From: a virus
DNA: 64,000 nt
Virus record (IMG/VR): IMGVR_UViG_3300048930_000192
Span: 1-64,000 of that record
Reading direction: 5' to 3' (one strand)
Made by a program: the position numbers and the translations under genes. Below the pieces are notes generated by a model, which saw only the letters and a list, made by a program, of their open reading frames with translations, ran no database searches and had not been told where the DNA came from. How positions within the stretch are numbered: position 1 is the stretch's first letter; each line of letters begins with the position of its first letter. Below are positions 33,601-43,726 of this stretch, piece by piece.

Positions 33601-35521
33601 TATCATGAATTTGAACAACGTCAACCAATTTCTTTAGAAGAATGTAACTATTATTATTTTCGTCGGTTAATATGGTTGCTGATGGACCAGTAATGGTTAT
33701 TACTTCTGTAACAATATCTTTTGTGCGATGAAGAGTTCTAGAAGCGGCCTTTGTTTCGTAAGAAGCATAGCAGTGGGTTGGTCCACTTATGTTCAGAACC
33801 AAAGCCAAATATTGAGGTGCGCCTGTTACTGTGACAGTACCAGTTAGTGATACACCATTTGCGCTATAAACCATCAAAGATGATTGTGGGAAATTTCCCG
33901 GTGAAATATCAATGCTACCAAATGCATCGTATGGCGACAGAGTTACAGATGCATGGCCAGAGGCATTGAATGTAATTTGCTTATTAACATTGTAATAAAT
34001 TTCTGGATCTGTACCGGAATTTTCGAAATCTTCAACAGCAAGATTATTCAAATCATATATCAGGTTATTAAAGTTACCATTTTCTATCGAAGCAGTTGCA
34101 CCATTTGGCACAGTAAACAAATAATCGTTGTTTGCTGTGCGGCCATAGGCATACAATCTCTTGAATGAAGATATAGAATAAGATCCAGTAAGATTGATGT
34201 CATATAGATGCAAATAATAACTTGAATCTATCACGTCCTTCAAAGAAATTTGGCGAATCTTTGCTGTACCAATGTGAGAAAATTCTGCGTTGCCTGTGCC
34301 AGACGACATCAAGAAATTTTGACCGTTATTGGTATCAAATGTTAATCCAAAGTTACCAGCAGTTGAATTAAACTGCATTGTAAGATATGGGCCAACAGAT
34401 CTGTCGAAATACTCATTAGTAATAATCCGATTAGTTCTTGCCTTTGACACAACAAGATTTGTTGATCCTTGAGTCTCAAATTCGTATCCGAAGATGTATG
34501 CTTTACCAGCCTCTAGTTTTAGATTAAGAGTACTTGTATCCGCAGTTATATCTTGTATTTCTAGATCAAATGGTTTTACTGTATAGTTACCACTTTCGTC
34601 GTAAGTTCTACGAGCTAGTGTATCTTCTAATGCACTATAATCTGGATACTTCTCTAGTTTGATAGTAGTACCGTCAACGACGCGCATAAATTCTACGAAA
34701 TCTACTCTAGAAAGGTTATCAGTTGCAGATGTATTTGTAGGAGTAAAATCATACTGTTTAATGTCTAACGATATCTTATATCTATCAGATCCTGGTGCAC
34801 CGTAGTTATATGAGCCGTACGCTGGATCTAACAAGGTTTCGTCTAAGTCGGAATTAATAAACGAACGATTCACTGTAAATCCGACTCTTACTGTTGGATC
34901 TGTAAAGTTTCTATATTGAGAACCATCAGAACCATTTAGATTGTATAAACCAATATTCTGCCCAGTATATCCGACAAAGAATCCGTCAACGTATCTTATA
35001 CCATTGGCTACACTTATCAGTTTAGCGTCACTAATATAAGAACCGGGAACAGCGGTGAGACTTGTAACCTTAAACGTAAATGGATTACCAGAGGCTGTGC
35101 CTGATATAATTGCGTTATTTGTAAATGTCAGACCGGAAGTATAATGAACATAAGCCACGTTTAAAGTATCTACAGAGCTGCCAGATATACCACCCTCTGC
35201 AAATATTACATTACCAATCGATGTCGCACCAAGAGAAAGATTAGATCCTATAATTTCTGAATATGAAGCACCAGAAAGGCTTGCAAATCTAACAGCCTTT
35301 AGTATATTTTCTGTTATTTCCCCACCCGCAACAATGCTACCGTCAGCAAAGATATGATTACCAAATCTTTGCACTTGATTTTGTAGAAGAGTCTGAATTT
35401 GAGTCAATTCTCGTGCTTGTACGGCAAATCCTGGGCGAAACAATAACCGCAAAAATCCCTTATCAGAATTAAAGTCGTCATAGTATGGATCTGTATTAAA
35501 TAGAGTTGGATCGTAAACCAT
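30668..35521 (-). CDS. Large virion structural protein (VrlC/DUF4815-like baseplate component)
   Basis: PYYDDF...LFRPGFAVQARELTQIQTLLQNQ, LARRTYDESGNY, RRYTMRDIGKIEKR, LAQTF and C-terminal PRIRNMRAI. Confidence 0.9.
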   Translation of the reverse strand: MVYDPTLFNTDPYYDDFNSDKGFLRLLFRPGFAVQARELTQIQTLLQNQVQRFGNHIFADGSIVAGGEITENILKAVRFASLSGASYSEIIGSNLSLGATSIGNVIFAEGGISGSSVDTLNVAYVHYTSGLTFTNNAIISGTASGNPFTFKVTSLTAVPGSYISDAKLISVANGIRYVDGFFVGYTGQNIGLYNLNGSDGSQYRNFTDPTVRVGFTVNRSFINSDLDETLLDPAYGSYNYGAPGSDRYKISLDIKQYDFTPTNTSATDNLSRVDFVEFMRVVDGTTIKLEKYPDYSALEDTLARRTYDESGNYTVKPFDLEIQDITADTSTLNLKLEAGKAYIFGYEFETQGSTNLVVSKARTNRIITNEYFDRSVGPYLTMQFNSTAGNFGLTFDTNNGQNFLMSSGTGNAEFSHIGTAKIRQISLKDVIDSSYYLHLYDINLTGSYSISSFKRLYAYGRTANNDYLFTVPNGATASIENGNFNNLIYDLNNLAVEDFENSGTDPEIYYNVNKQITFNASGHASVTLSPYDAFGSIDISPGNFPQSSLMVYSANGVSLTGTVTVTGAPQYLALVLNISGPTHCYASYETKAASRTLHRTKDIVTEVITITGPSATILTDENNNSYILLKKLVDVVQIHDITGHIGAGITTNMFSSFDLDTGQTDNYYDWAKIILKPNINYSSYTGPYDIHLTRYDHSGFGAINVNSYLNGGNDPYDGRTKYEWIPTYTSKSNGYTYNLGDVYDFRPYRDLTGALTGCDVPSDNINSNVSYSHYLPRTDKIVLTRDKKFKVISGSPSVDPKAPADATDSMTLYSVTYNPYTYDSKDLSIRYVENRRYTMRDIGKIEKRVDNLEFYTSLSVVEQEAKNTEIYDTDGFSRPKLGILVDTFKGHSKGDVQDEYYKCAIDFENSELRPSFRTIVQPYSGLTAVSAGITLTSDNIAIANYTSTPAIFQTVVTNAIKINDTGIYSYLGSIKNSPSSDLWYDENRDVLTKINVQGENDAWESSATGHGFGSQWNDWELNWAGKEIVEDQISRQNQYIVSRSTNLYSNPASSNLSNRSTPENITKNTLNRYVNESISPFILSQNITINAEGLKPNTQHYMFFDGVRVDQYVTGSLISDSSGKITGVVFAVPSGTFRVGQRLIRITDSASNSLASSYSAADSVFNVRGYIQSRENGIISVRPAIIKRSSTQTEEIVNNILTRNTPNSVGQYDSLAQTFIVNNSEYPDGMFINKVGLLFSTKETTSNEPVCLQIRPMSNGYPHPSKVLPFAEKYLYPSDISASTTGSQITNFTFSTPVYVAPGEYAIVLKTNSENYTVNTAKIGNYSTVDTTQRASNNALMGSLFRPQNGGLYTADYTEDVCFIISRCAFDTINSRNFQITLDDTYDSTVDYDSNVDLIRIVSEELVPTNTSSIYGNAGLAGLDGNEYPVNKNLPSESVYTINAGTNPTNGKVQVTYISSGVVSPMIDLERFAVYYVSNNINNNRNNSDTLELNPTPYGATDPTLSRYITKSVELDDSVEALGLYVYLNAYKPYQGSLKVYMRSLPYGVQSGIEDEEWLELSYVSGRNSVNVNDYVDLQYKLDPEISRYGIFQVKIVFASSDTTNCPRIRNMRAIVV

Positions 35522-35531
35522 TTATTTCCTT

Positions 35532-37811
35532 TTAGAAATTAATTACAAGTTTAATTTCTTCTCTTTGCTCGTTCGATCTTGGCACAGGTCGTATATTTTG
35601 TATGTGAACCAATTCACCAGAATGATACTTTATGTCTGGATATCTTATAATGTTATTTATGGTAGCAGAATACGAATTACCGTATTTAATAGTGTGACCA
35701 GTAGCAAATGTACCCCAAACACCGTTTACTATCGCATTGGCGCTAGTTGATCCTGTAGCAGGAACCCAATCTATTAGATATCCTTTCGACATTTCGGTAG
35801 TTCCAGAAAGGCTTGTTATAAGACTATCCGCAGTCAAAGACGAATCGGTAAATACATTAGCGCCGTTATAGAATAGTTCGATATTATAAGATTGTGTATA
35901 TATACTATTACTGTTAAAGTCGCGATAGGCTATCTCTGATATCTTACCAATTTTACTGCTGTATCCGGTATTACCCACATACCATTTATTGACAAATTCG
36001 CCAATATTAAATGCACCGTGATAGTCTTCTAGATATAGAGATCCTATTAAATTAGTAGCCAAATCTGGCTGCCATTTATACACTTTACCGTAAGAATATG
36101 TAGGATAAACGCTGTCACCAGATGTGCTGCCATTACCGACACTTTGAACAAATTGGCCACGAACAAAATCTACACCTTCTGGATCAAATGTTGCATCATA
36201 TGGTGTTATTTTAACGTCTAGTGTATTGTGCCCTTCTGTGCCTGCAATAGTCTTGTAACTCACTTGATTTATTGTTTTGCCATCAGATAAAGTCAATCCA
36301 ATCTTGAAGGCATTTTCGTAATCAGATTTTAGATAAAGATTAGAGGTGCACGTTATACCGGTGATACCAGCAAACCATTCAATTACTTCACCAGATGCAG
36401 TACCAAAACTTACAATATCACCGGCAGCATAATCGTCAGAATCACCAGACTCAACCAGGTTCAAATTTACTATTTTTCTGTGCAGCAATGGATTTTTCAA
36501 CAAAGCAAATTGGCGATAGTCGTTGCTAATGGTCAGCAAATTGTCTTCATCTTGATCGAAATTCTCTATTATCATCAGCGCATTGCATCCCAGTTCTTTA
36601 ACTGGATTTGAGCCGTGACCACCGGGTGGTGACATTATAGCCTTTGCCAATACCGACATATCGGCATTAGATCCTGGTATCGAAGTTAGCCCCTTAATAA
36701 TTTCAATTTGGCCAAACGTATATTCTTTGCCGCTGTCTACTATTTCGATTGTGTCCAGATATTTCGGTCCAGTAAACCCCGACAGATATTGATCGCCGAA
36801 AGTTACAGCAAAATCTGCTCTATTGAACTGGGTATTAAGAGAATTGTTGCTGGCATATCCGTCACCAACTATTTTTATTTGAGGTTGTATAGAAAACAAA
36901 CTACGATCAGATCCGACACCAGATGTTACGCCAACATCAAGAGGTGTTTCTATAGTTACAGTTGCGCTGTTAGATCCTGCGGCATAGCTAGAAATTATTC
37001 TTTGCTGACCTTGACCAAGCCCAGATTCTATTTTTAGTACCATTCCGTCATAATAACCGTTAGAATACACAATATTTGGGCTAGATATCACAATGCTGCT
37101 TGTGCCAGCAGTTGCTGATTGAGATATTTGATTTTCTGGTTTATAAAAAACAACTCTATCAGATATAATCTGGTCTCTGACAGATTTGTTCAATTCTACA
37201 AAGTCTATACTACCGTCAATTGCCTGTTGCTGAACATTCCATTGCAAAATTCTTTCGTCGTTATCTTCTACGTTTTCGATATATTCGACTGGCATGTATC
37301 CGATAGAATCTGAATAAGATTTAGTCAGAAACTTTCTCTTAGATTCTGGTATCTGATACATAAACTTCCAACGATATCCGTCAGACAATGTTCTTATTTG
37401 AGAATCTGTATGAGTAGGTGCAACCGAAGAAACTGCGTTATAGTTGTTATCTATGCACTTATAAACTCTCGCTTCGTCTACGAGAACATAGAAGTTGGAC
37501 GGGCTATCGTCGTCGAATAAGTCGGTATAATCTCTGTACGTGTTATACACGGTACCTGGTGACCAATCAACTCTTCTTATTACCAAAGAAATATCGTCTT
37601 GGTTTATTTGCTTGCAGCCTATAATACCTCTATAAAACTCGGTATCAGACAAGATCGAATCCACATTGGCTGGCGGCGAGTCGTCGTTTGGCCACTCACT
37701 TATTCTACTTATTGCAACAAAGTACTTATCATCAGAATACTTTATATTAGAATAAAGCATATCTGCTAACGAAGTCCTAGTTTTTTGCCTGAATGGATCA
37801 CATACACCCAT
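35532..37811 (-). CDS. gp8: Baseplate wedge subunit (gp8-like, extended)
   Basis: VYKCIDN, DGYRWKFMY, SPPGGHGSNPVKELG and C-terminal RSNEQREEIKLVINF. Confidence 0.9.
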   Translation of the reverse strand: MGVCDPFRQKTRTSLADMLYSNIKYSDDKYFVAISRISEWPNDDSPPANVDSILSDTEFYRGIIGCKQINQDDISLVIRRVDWSPGTVYNTYRDYTDLFDDDSPSNFYVLVDEARVYKCIDNNYNAVSSVAPTHTDSQIRTLSDGYRWKFMYQIPESKRKFLTKSYSDSIGYMPVEYIENVEDNDERILQWNVQQQAIDGSIDFVELNKSVRDQIISDRVVFYKPENQISQSATAGTSSIVISSPNIVYSNGYYDGMVLKIESGLGQGQQRIISSYAAGSNSATVTIETPLDVGVTSGVGSDRSLFSIQPQIKIVGDGYASNNSLNTQFNRADFAVTFGDQYLSGFTGPKYLDTIEIVDSGKEYTFGQIEIIKGLTSIPGSNADMSVLAKAIMSPPGGHGSNPVKELGCNALMIIENFDQDEDNLLTISNDYRQFALLKNPLLHRKIVNLNLVESGDSDDYAAGDIVSFGTASGEVIEWFAGITGITCTSNLYLKSDYENAFKIGLTLSDGKTINQVSYKTIAGTEGHNTLDVKITPYDATFDPEGVDFVRGQFVQSVGNGSTSGDSVYPTYSYGKVYKWQPDLATNLIGSLYLEDYHGAFNIGEFVNKWYVGNTGYSSKIGKISEIAYRDFNSNSIYTQSYNIELFYNGANVFTDSSLTADSLITSLSGTTEMSKGYLIDWVPATGSTSANAIVNGVWGTFATGHTIKYGNSYSATINNIIRYPDIKYHSGELVHIQNIRPVPRSNEQREEIKLVINF

Positions 37812-37826
37812 GTTTATTTTGCCTTC

Positions 37827-39551
37827 TTAAAAATTCGGACTTGAGCCGTAATTTCTTACGGTGCCTGTTGTTGATCTGCAATCGAACTTCTCTCCGATTG
37901 GCATTTCCAAAAAACTGCCAATTGATATTTTATAAAATTCAGACGCATTATCGTACTGCAATGTAACATATTTATGATCCCGCGGCCCAGTAAATGATTC
38001 TAGCCATTCAGATCGCCTAGATGCAGTTAATGTCCATTCTTGCCAATTTCCCAAACCAGTAGACCCAGCGAAGTTATATCTTTCTTCATATGGTATTCTT
38101 GCCACAACAGTACCGTTATTTCCGATTCTTTCATTTGGATGATCGTATATAATCCAGAAAGGATCTGCTCTTACAAATCCACTAAGACCAACCCAGTCAG
38201 AAGTTGTACCAGATTCATACTCTATGCCATTAGAAAGTGGATTGCAGTTTCCAGCAGTCATTATCAAGTTATCGTGCAGCGAGGGATAATACCCGGCTTT
38301 ATCAGAATCAATCATAAACCAATCGGCAAGATTGTCGTAAGTGTTAAATGTATACGGCAAATAATGTCCAATTATAGGAACTTCATATCTAGAAAGTTCT
38401 GAGTTTGTACTCATATCACCTTCTATACATCGTTTGATTAAAACCTGACCAAAGAAAGCAAGACCGGCTGGGTGAATTAGTTTCTTGATTATATCTCTAT
38501 ATCTGCTTATTACAACTTCTGTTTTAAGCACATAACTAAAGTTCTGATAATAGTGATTATCTTGTAGTACTTTATTGGAACTTAACTTGCCATCATTGTT
38601 TGAATAGTATCCTTCGTAGTTGCATATAGCACCAATATTTGCGGTACCAGAGAATCCAGAACCCTTTACACTTGTAACAGATATAGTTGGCGATATACCA
38701 TAATTAACACCAAAGTTATTAATCTTAATCTTTAGTATTTTGCCAGTAGATGAAACCTGAGAAACTTCTGCTTCTGCTTTTTGCCCAACATCGTTTATAT
38801 CAGTAGTGAAAACTAACTTATCGCCGATTCTATAGTTAGATCCACCGCTTATTATGCTTATTGAAGAAACTACAGAGTATACCTTAGATTCAGTAAGTAT
38901 TTCGGTGTCGTCATTGAACATCACTTGTTGATCAGCAACGAATGTTCCACTTACACCAGTTAGCTCATATTCAGATACCTCAAACACACCAAGCTGATAC
39001 CTAGAAACATTTTCAACAAATGCAGAAGATATAACAGTACCAGAACTATTTACTTGATATATTTTTTTACCAAGAGACCTAAAGCAGTTAGAACCAAGGC
39101 TGCTGCTTGTTCGTATAGTTTTCTTTTGAGTCCACTTGCCGTCACTAACTCTAAGAATATCTAATTTTGGATAATAAAATTCTACGTTAGTGTCATATAA
39201 TATTCTAAAAAGAAGTTCATATGTCTTTTCTGTGCCCCTTGCTCGATAAAACTGTTTAATATTCTTTATCAGCTTTCTTTCATCGAGCGGCGCACCTGTA
39301 TCTTTATTGATGGCAAGAGTTTCTGGAAACCCATTTAGATACTGACTCTTAAAACTAGATATAAACTCGTCGAATGTCGTATCAATATCTATTGCATTAC
39401 CAAGTTCTAACATGTTTCTCAGACTAGAACCCTGAGTTTCTGTCCATTCGTAGTACGCTTTAATAAAAGCAGTAAATGTAGGATGATCCAGCCGCACAAA
39501 TTGCGGTATTCTGTAATTTATGATGGCCGATATATTATTGCCAGTTGACAT
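37827..39551 (-). CDS. gp7: Baseplate wedge initiator (gp7-like)
   Basis: IPQFVR.DHPTF..FIKAYYEW, LIKNIKQFYRARGT, LQDNHYYQNFSYVLK and LIHPAG; lies between gp6 and gp8. Confidence 0.8.
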   Translation of the reverse strand: MSTGNNISAIINYRIPQFVRLDHPTFTAFIKAYYEWTETQGSSLRNMLELGNAIDIDTTFDEFISSFKSQYLNGFPETLAINKDTGAPLDERKLIKNIKQFYRARGTEKTYELLFRILYDTNVEFYYPKLDILRVSDGKWTQKKTIRTSSSLGSNCFRSLGKKIYQVNSSGTVISSAFVENVSRYQLGVFEVSEYELTGVSGTFVADQQVMFNDDTEILTESKVYSVVSSISIISGGSNYRIGDKLVFTTDINDVGQKAEAEVSQVSSTGKILKIKINNFGVNYGISPTISVTSVKGSGFSGTANIGAICNYEGYYSNNDGKLSSNKVLQDNHYYQNFSYVLKTEVVISRYRDIIKKLIHPAGLAFFGQVLIKRCIEGDMSTNSELSRYEVPIIGHYLPYTFNTYDNLADWFMIDSDKAGYYPSLHDNLIMTAGNCNPLSNGIEYESGTTSDWVGLSGFVRADPFWIIYDHPNERIGNNGTVVARIPYEERYNFAGSTGLGNWQEWTLTASRRSEWLESFTGPRDHKYVTLQYDNASEFYKISIGSFLEMPIGEKFDCRSTTGTVRNYGSSPNF

Positions 39552-41468
39552 TTATGTTCCAGTTGAATATGGGAAATTTGCACCAGACGAATATGGATCA
39601 GATCTGATAGATTCGGGTGTACAAGTCACAGTAATATTACTGTAATCTATTGTTACTATTTGATTTCTCTTTGATATAACATCTCGTTTATTTGGTATCA
39701 CAGTTATCTTTATCTCAGAGTCTATTATATTTGATAATCTTGTTGGTCTAAAGTTAACCAATACTAATTTACCAGTATCATAATCAATTGTACCGGCAGA
39801 TTCTTTGACGTATATCTTTTCTTGATCGATAAGTTTATAAATCTTCACTGTGCCCAAACCATCGTCTTCTAAATAGCAATCAACATCGGCACCATCAGAA
39901 TCTATGTAACCAAATCCATTGCTAGATACTATAGACGTATATCCGTCAATTGGGTGATATAGTTGGTTATTATAGTTTATCGTATAGTTGCTAGTAATGT
40001 TAAATCTTGGATCAATTGTTCTCATTAGATTAATGTCTGTATCACTGCTCAATATAGAAGTATTGGTGTCATCGATATAAGACAAGAAATTTGAATATCT
40101 AAAGTTTCTATCGAACTTGTCTAGATATAAATCGCCATATGTAGTTATGTAAGTAGAAATTAGCTGCTGCATAGCCTTTGGTGTTAAATTAGTTTTGCTT
40201 TGATCATAACTAACATTACAATTTATTATAAGATAGATGTATTCTGGATCTACTATTTCTGGCGTAATACTAATTAGATTTCTGCTCTTTATAATATTTC
40301 TAGCAATAGCAGATTTTTCTGATTGAGTAAACTTAAGAGCATTTGTTGGCTTTAAAGATATAAAGACTTTACCGTATATTGGTGGCTCATTATCTTCGCC
40401 GCCCCAAACAAACACACTATCTGCACCTTCACTATATTCTCTTGCGATAAGAGTTCTATAGTCATCAGACGTAACAGCTCTGTCTTGAGCCTGATAGTTC
40501 TTTGGCGCATAATACTTTATACTGCTTAAGTCTTCAACATAAGTACCACCGTATGTTACTGGGTACGTACCGTCGTCATTTTGAACTATTTTAACTGTAG
40601 ATGTGGAATCAGAGGCGTTGGTAAATGTTTGAACAAGACTTGTCTCATTTCTACCAATACCATTACCCTGTTCACCTAGAGTAGTAAGATAAGTAATGCT
40701 TATCAAATTACCATTTTCGGGGCTTCTACCCAAAATGCCATCGCCAAAATAGATCTCATACTTATCTTCGTATCTTTGTACGAAGTATACTCTAGATTCG
40801 CTATTTAAAACATTAATATCAGTCGATTCTTTCCATATGTATTCATTACCTTGGGTATCAGTAACCGATTTTTGTACTCTTACCAATATACTAGTTGTAT
40901 CTACTGTTGGATCTGGTATTATATACTTTATAGCTTCGTTGTTATTATCTGCAACATAAGATACAGAAGAATATGTACCTTGCTTTATTTCAACATTTCT
41001 AGCAACAAACTGCTCAGACTGGTATTCAATTTCGTAGTTATCGGTCGCAACAAATGACATATTTCTACCATTTGCGTCTTTAGCAGTAAATGATGTGCCT
41101 CTTAGTAGATACAATGGTGTGCCATTTATTACCAAATCTTGCTGATCTTCTGTTAGGTTATTATAGTATACGTCAACATAAGTTATTGCACCTCGATAAG
41201 ATCTCGGTACATAGTTTAGGTGCTTAGAAATACTAGCCGCAGACTGCACAGTGCGGCAGCTATCCAAAAATGCTTCATTTGCTACCATGTTAGCATAAAA
41301 TGCTTGATAATGAGTATTTGCAGCAAGAATGTCCAACATTATGTTTAGACCGGCACCTTCAAAATTGTAGTCTTTAAAGGTGTCTTGAGACTGCAAAAAT
41401 GCCTTTAGACTCGACTTAATACCGTCGAAGTCAATAGAGCTTATGCTTATATCTGATCGGTTTGTCAT
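39552..41468 (-). CDS. gp6: Baseplate wedge subunit (gp6-like)
   Basis: DFDGIKSSLK.FL, FKDYNFEGAGL, AQDRAVT..DY and WGGEDNEPPIYGKVFISLKP motifs. Confidence 0.96.
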   Translation of the reverse strand: MTNRSDISISSIDFDGIKSSLKAFLQSQDTFKDYNFEGAGLNIMLDILAANTHYQAFYANMVANEAFLDSCRTVQSAASISKHLNYVPRSYRGAITYVDVYYNNLTEDQQDLVINGTPLYLLRGTSFTAKDANGRNMSFVATDNYEIEYQSEQFVARNVEIKQGTYSSVSYVADNNNEAIKYIIPDPTVDTTSILVRVQKSVTDTQGNEYIWKESTDINVLNSESRVYFVQRYEDKYEIYFGDGILGRSPENGNLISITYLTTLGEQGNGIGRNETSLVQTFTNASDSTSTVKIVQNDDGTYPVTYGGTYVEDLSSIKYYAPKNYQAQDRAVTSDDYRTLIAREYSEGADSVFVWGGEDNEPPIYGKVFISLKPTNALKFTQSEKSAIARNIIKSRNLISITPEIVDPEYIYLIINCNVSYDQSKTNLTPKAMQQLISTYITTYGDLYLDKFDRNFRYSNFLSYIDDTNTSILSSDTDINLMRTIDPRFNITSNYTINYNNQLYHPIDGYTSIVSSNGFGYIDSDGADVDCYLEDDGLGTVKIYKLIDQEKIYVKESAGTIDYDTGKLVLVNFRPTRLSNIIDSEIKITVIPNKRDVISKRNQIVTIDYSNITVTCTPESIRSDPYSSGANFPYSTGT

Positions 41469-41470
41469 TT

Positions 41471-41857
41471 TTATCTGGTCCTTACCAAAGGAACTCTTAC
41501 TAAGGCAACTTCTGGTATATTATAGATAGTAAAAGCTATTTCAGCAGCCAGAAAATTACTATCTGGGTTAAAATAGACTTTAATATCATATTTCTGTATT
41601 CTCGGTTCGTAGTCCTTTATTATCTTACCGATCGACTCTTTCAAAATATATTCTGTGTTTGGGCTGTCGGGAAATTCGAACAAAGTAGAGGTTATTTTGC
41701 TATTGATCTCTGGATGAAATGGCTTCTCATAAAACTGCAATAATATAAGATTACGAACACTTCGCTTGACAGCTTCGGCGTCGTATTTGAACCCAATATC
41801 ACCACTTACTGGATTTCTCTTAAAATCTAGATCTAGATCTGAATATTTTGGCATCAA
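41471..41857 (-). CDS. gp25: Baseplate wedge subunit (gp25-like)
   Basis: YSDLDLDF..NPV, AVKRSVRNLIL, EKPFHPE and YEPR motifs. Confidence 0.94.
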   Translation of the reverse strand: MMPKYSDLDLDFKRNPVSGDIGFKYDAEAVKRSVRNLILLQFYEKPFHPEINSKITSTLFEFPDSPNTEYILKESIGKIIKDYEPRIQKYDIKVYFNPDSNFLAAEIAFTIYNIPEVALVRVPLVRTR

Positions 41858-41860
41858 ATT

Positions 41861-41868
41861 TATTTATC
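41861..41868 (-). promoter_or_regulatory. Probable late promoter GATAAATA upstream of gp25
   Basis: NATAAATA immediately before the start codon. Confidence 0.5.
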
Positions 41869-41875
41869 TAAGTTT

Positions 41876-42166
41876 TTAACCACCTATAAAAGTATTTGGG
41901 CTTCCTTGTATACAAGCAGATCCACAGTCTACAGGATCACCCAATCTCGCAGCTTGAAGACCGTTTATGTAAACAGAGCTAGATCCAGTAGAAGTTTTTG
42001 AGCCAACGTGTCTGTCATCACCACACACATGGTCTGCCCAACCGTCGGTTTGACGGTGAGATGACCTATTATTGACGAACACGTTTGGCGAACCTTCTAC
42101 GTTTGGTCTTGGTGGATAGCAGCCATGGCCAGAGCAATAGTCACCCAATCTAGTTGCAGATCGCAT
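41876..42166 (-). CDS. PAAR spike-tip protein (gp5.4-like)
   Basis: ATRLGD.CSGH, GSPNVFVN and GSSSVYING..AARLGDPVDCG motifs. Confidence 0.95.
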   Translation of the reverse strand: MRSATRLGDYCSGHGCYPPRPNVEGSPNVFVNNRSSHRQTDGWADHVCGDDRHVGSKTSTGSSSVYINGLQAARLGDPVDCGSACIQGSPNTFIGG

Positions 42167-42168
42167 CT

Positions 42169-42849
42169 TTAATCTCCGTAAAATCCGAGTGATTTCTGAT
42201 AAGAAACATAGCTGCCGCCGTCAATTATTTTGCTTGTATCATCTTGGAACTTCTGATCTTCTACTTGCCGAATAAAAGAATCTCTCAGATCACTCCAGTC
42301 TAAAGATATGTCAATTGCATATATTTTTCTGGTTAAAGGCTCTGGTGGTATAAAGTGATATCTTACTACATATCCTTTATTATATATCGGATAGCTGTCA
42401 TATTTAACAGGTTTCGGAAAAATATCGGCTGGATTACCCAAAATTTTACCATATACCTTTAGACTTCTGTTACTATTAGATCCGGTAGATATCAATCCAA
42501 CACCGTCTGGTAACTTACCCGCTACTATAGCAGTAGATGGTCTTAAAAAGAAGTTTTCCAAAGTTGAGTACCATCTACCAAGCAAAGGTGACGACTCAAA
42601 ATATTGAATGGTAGTAGTTTGCCTAAATATTTTAGATATAACTGTTTTATAGTATATATTTTTTAATAGAAATACAGTTGTGTTATATTCTTGATCGATA
42701 TAAGCAACACCAGACGATGTTGTAGATGTGTTTCTTTTAAGAAAAGACAAAGCAGACGACTTTTTGCTTGTTTCTGATATTTTGGTGCCTAGTTCTAAAG
42801 CATCACGACCAACTTTTATTATATCGCTGTCTAATGGTAATATTATCAT
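42169..42849 (-). CDS. Hypothetical protein between gp5 and PAAR
   Basis: 226-aa ORF abutting its neighbours. Confidence 0.6.
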   Translation of the reverse strand: MIILPLDSDIIKVGRDALELGTKISETSKKSSALSFLKRNTSTTSSGVAYIDQEYNTTVFLLKNIYYKTVISKIFRQTTTIQYFESSPLLGRWYSTLENFFLRPSTAIVAGKLPDGVGLISTGSNSNRSLKVYGKILGNPADIFPKPVKYDSYPIYNKGYVVRYHFIPPEPLTRKIYAIDISLDWSDLRDSFIRQVEDQKFQDDTSKIIDGGSYVSYQKSLGFYGD

Positions 42850-43389
42850 TTACGCCTCTACAAACACCTCATTGCCACCAGAATCTCTAATGCCAATCAA
42901 TAACGCACTACCAGACAAATCATACCAAAAGCTACCATAAACGCTCGTTGGTGCAGTTAAACCAATTGTTAAATTAATATTGCCGCCAGAAGCGGAAGAT
43001 ATGTAGTCCCATGCAGATCCGGACCATTTCCATTCTCTATTCTCAAACGCATATATGTCGCCGGTTAGCGGTCCGGTGGGAAAATTGAACTCGGAAAGTG
43101 AATTTACAGATTCGCCGTTTGTAAAAATATCAACAAACTGAGAACTGTTTTCGGTAGAAAGATATACATATCCTTTACCACTATTTGTCTTAATCCATAC
43201 CAGACCCTCAAACGATTCGGTGCTCGCGGGTGCAGTCATACCATAATAAACTGCATACCCATCTGCGCCAGAGTCGCCTTGAGTACCAGCAGGTCCCTGT
43301 ACGACCTGAATAAAGGCTCTTTCTGTAGAAGATGGTGCAAAAGTAGAACCATTTAGGGAAGAAAAATAGTCAATCGATTTACTCATCAC
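42850..43389 (-). CDS. Hypothetical virion protein with a short collagen stretch and a fibre-type W-x-W module
   Basis: QGPAGTQGDSGADG; FPTGPLTGDIYAFENREWKWSGSAW resembles the N-terminus of 21194-22969. Confidence 0.6.
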   Translation of the reverse strand: MMSKSIDYFSSLNGSTFAPSSTERAFIQVVQGPAGTQGDSGADGYAVYYGMTAPASTESFEGLVWIKTNSGKGYVYLSTENSSQFVDIFTNGESVNSLSEFNFPTGPLTGDIYAFENREWKWSGSAWDYISSASGGNINLTIGLTAPTSVYGSFWYDLSGSALLIGIRDSGGNEVFVEA

Positions 43390-43726
43390 AAGGCTTCCTT
43401 ATTTGGTCGTCTATTTCCTTCAATTTCTTTTCTAGTTCAGATACTTTATTTTCAAAGTATTCTGGTATTTCCTTGATTGTGTCTATACCAGACTGAATTC
43501 CCTTTTCGTAGAAATCTATTCTATTTTCAATTTGTGTTTCGATGCCAGTTTTTAGTGCAGACAATTGACCTTCTAAATTCTCAATTGCGTCATCTATTTC
43601 TTGCTTTCTTGCTTCCAAATTAAACAAATCCCGGATCTCTTTTTCAAAATCTTTGAGCTGCTTCTTTATTTGACATGGCGACAGGCTACCCAGCGTTGTT
43701 AAATCATCTGGCATTTTAGGCTCCAA
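43379..43726 (-). CDS. Hypothetical coiled-coil protein
   Basis: Heptad-rich 115-aa ORF overlapping the end of gp5. Confidence 0.6.
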   Translation of the reverse strand: MEPKMPDDLTTLGSLSPCQIKKQLKDFEKEIRDLFNLEARKQEIDDAIENLEGQLSALKTGIETQIENRIDFYEKGIQSGIDTIKEIPEYFENKVSELEKKLKEIDDQIRKPCDE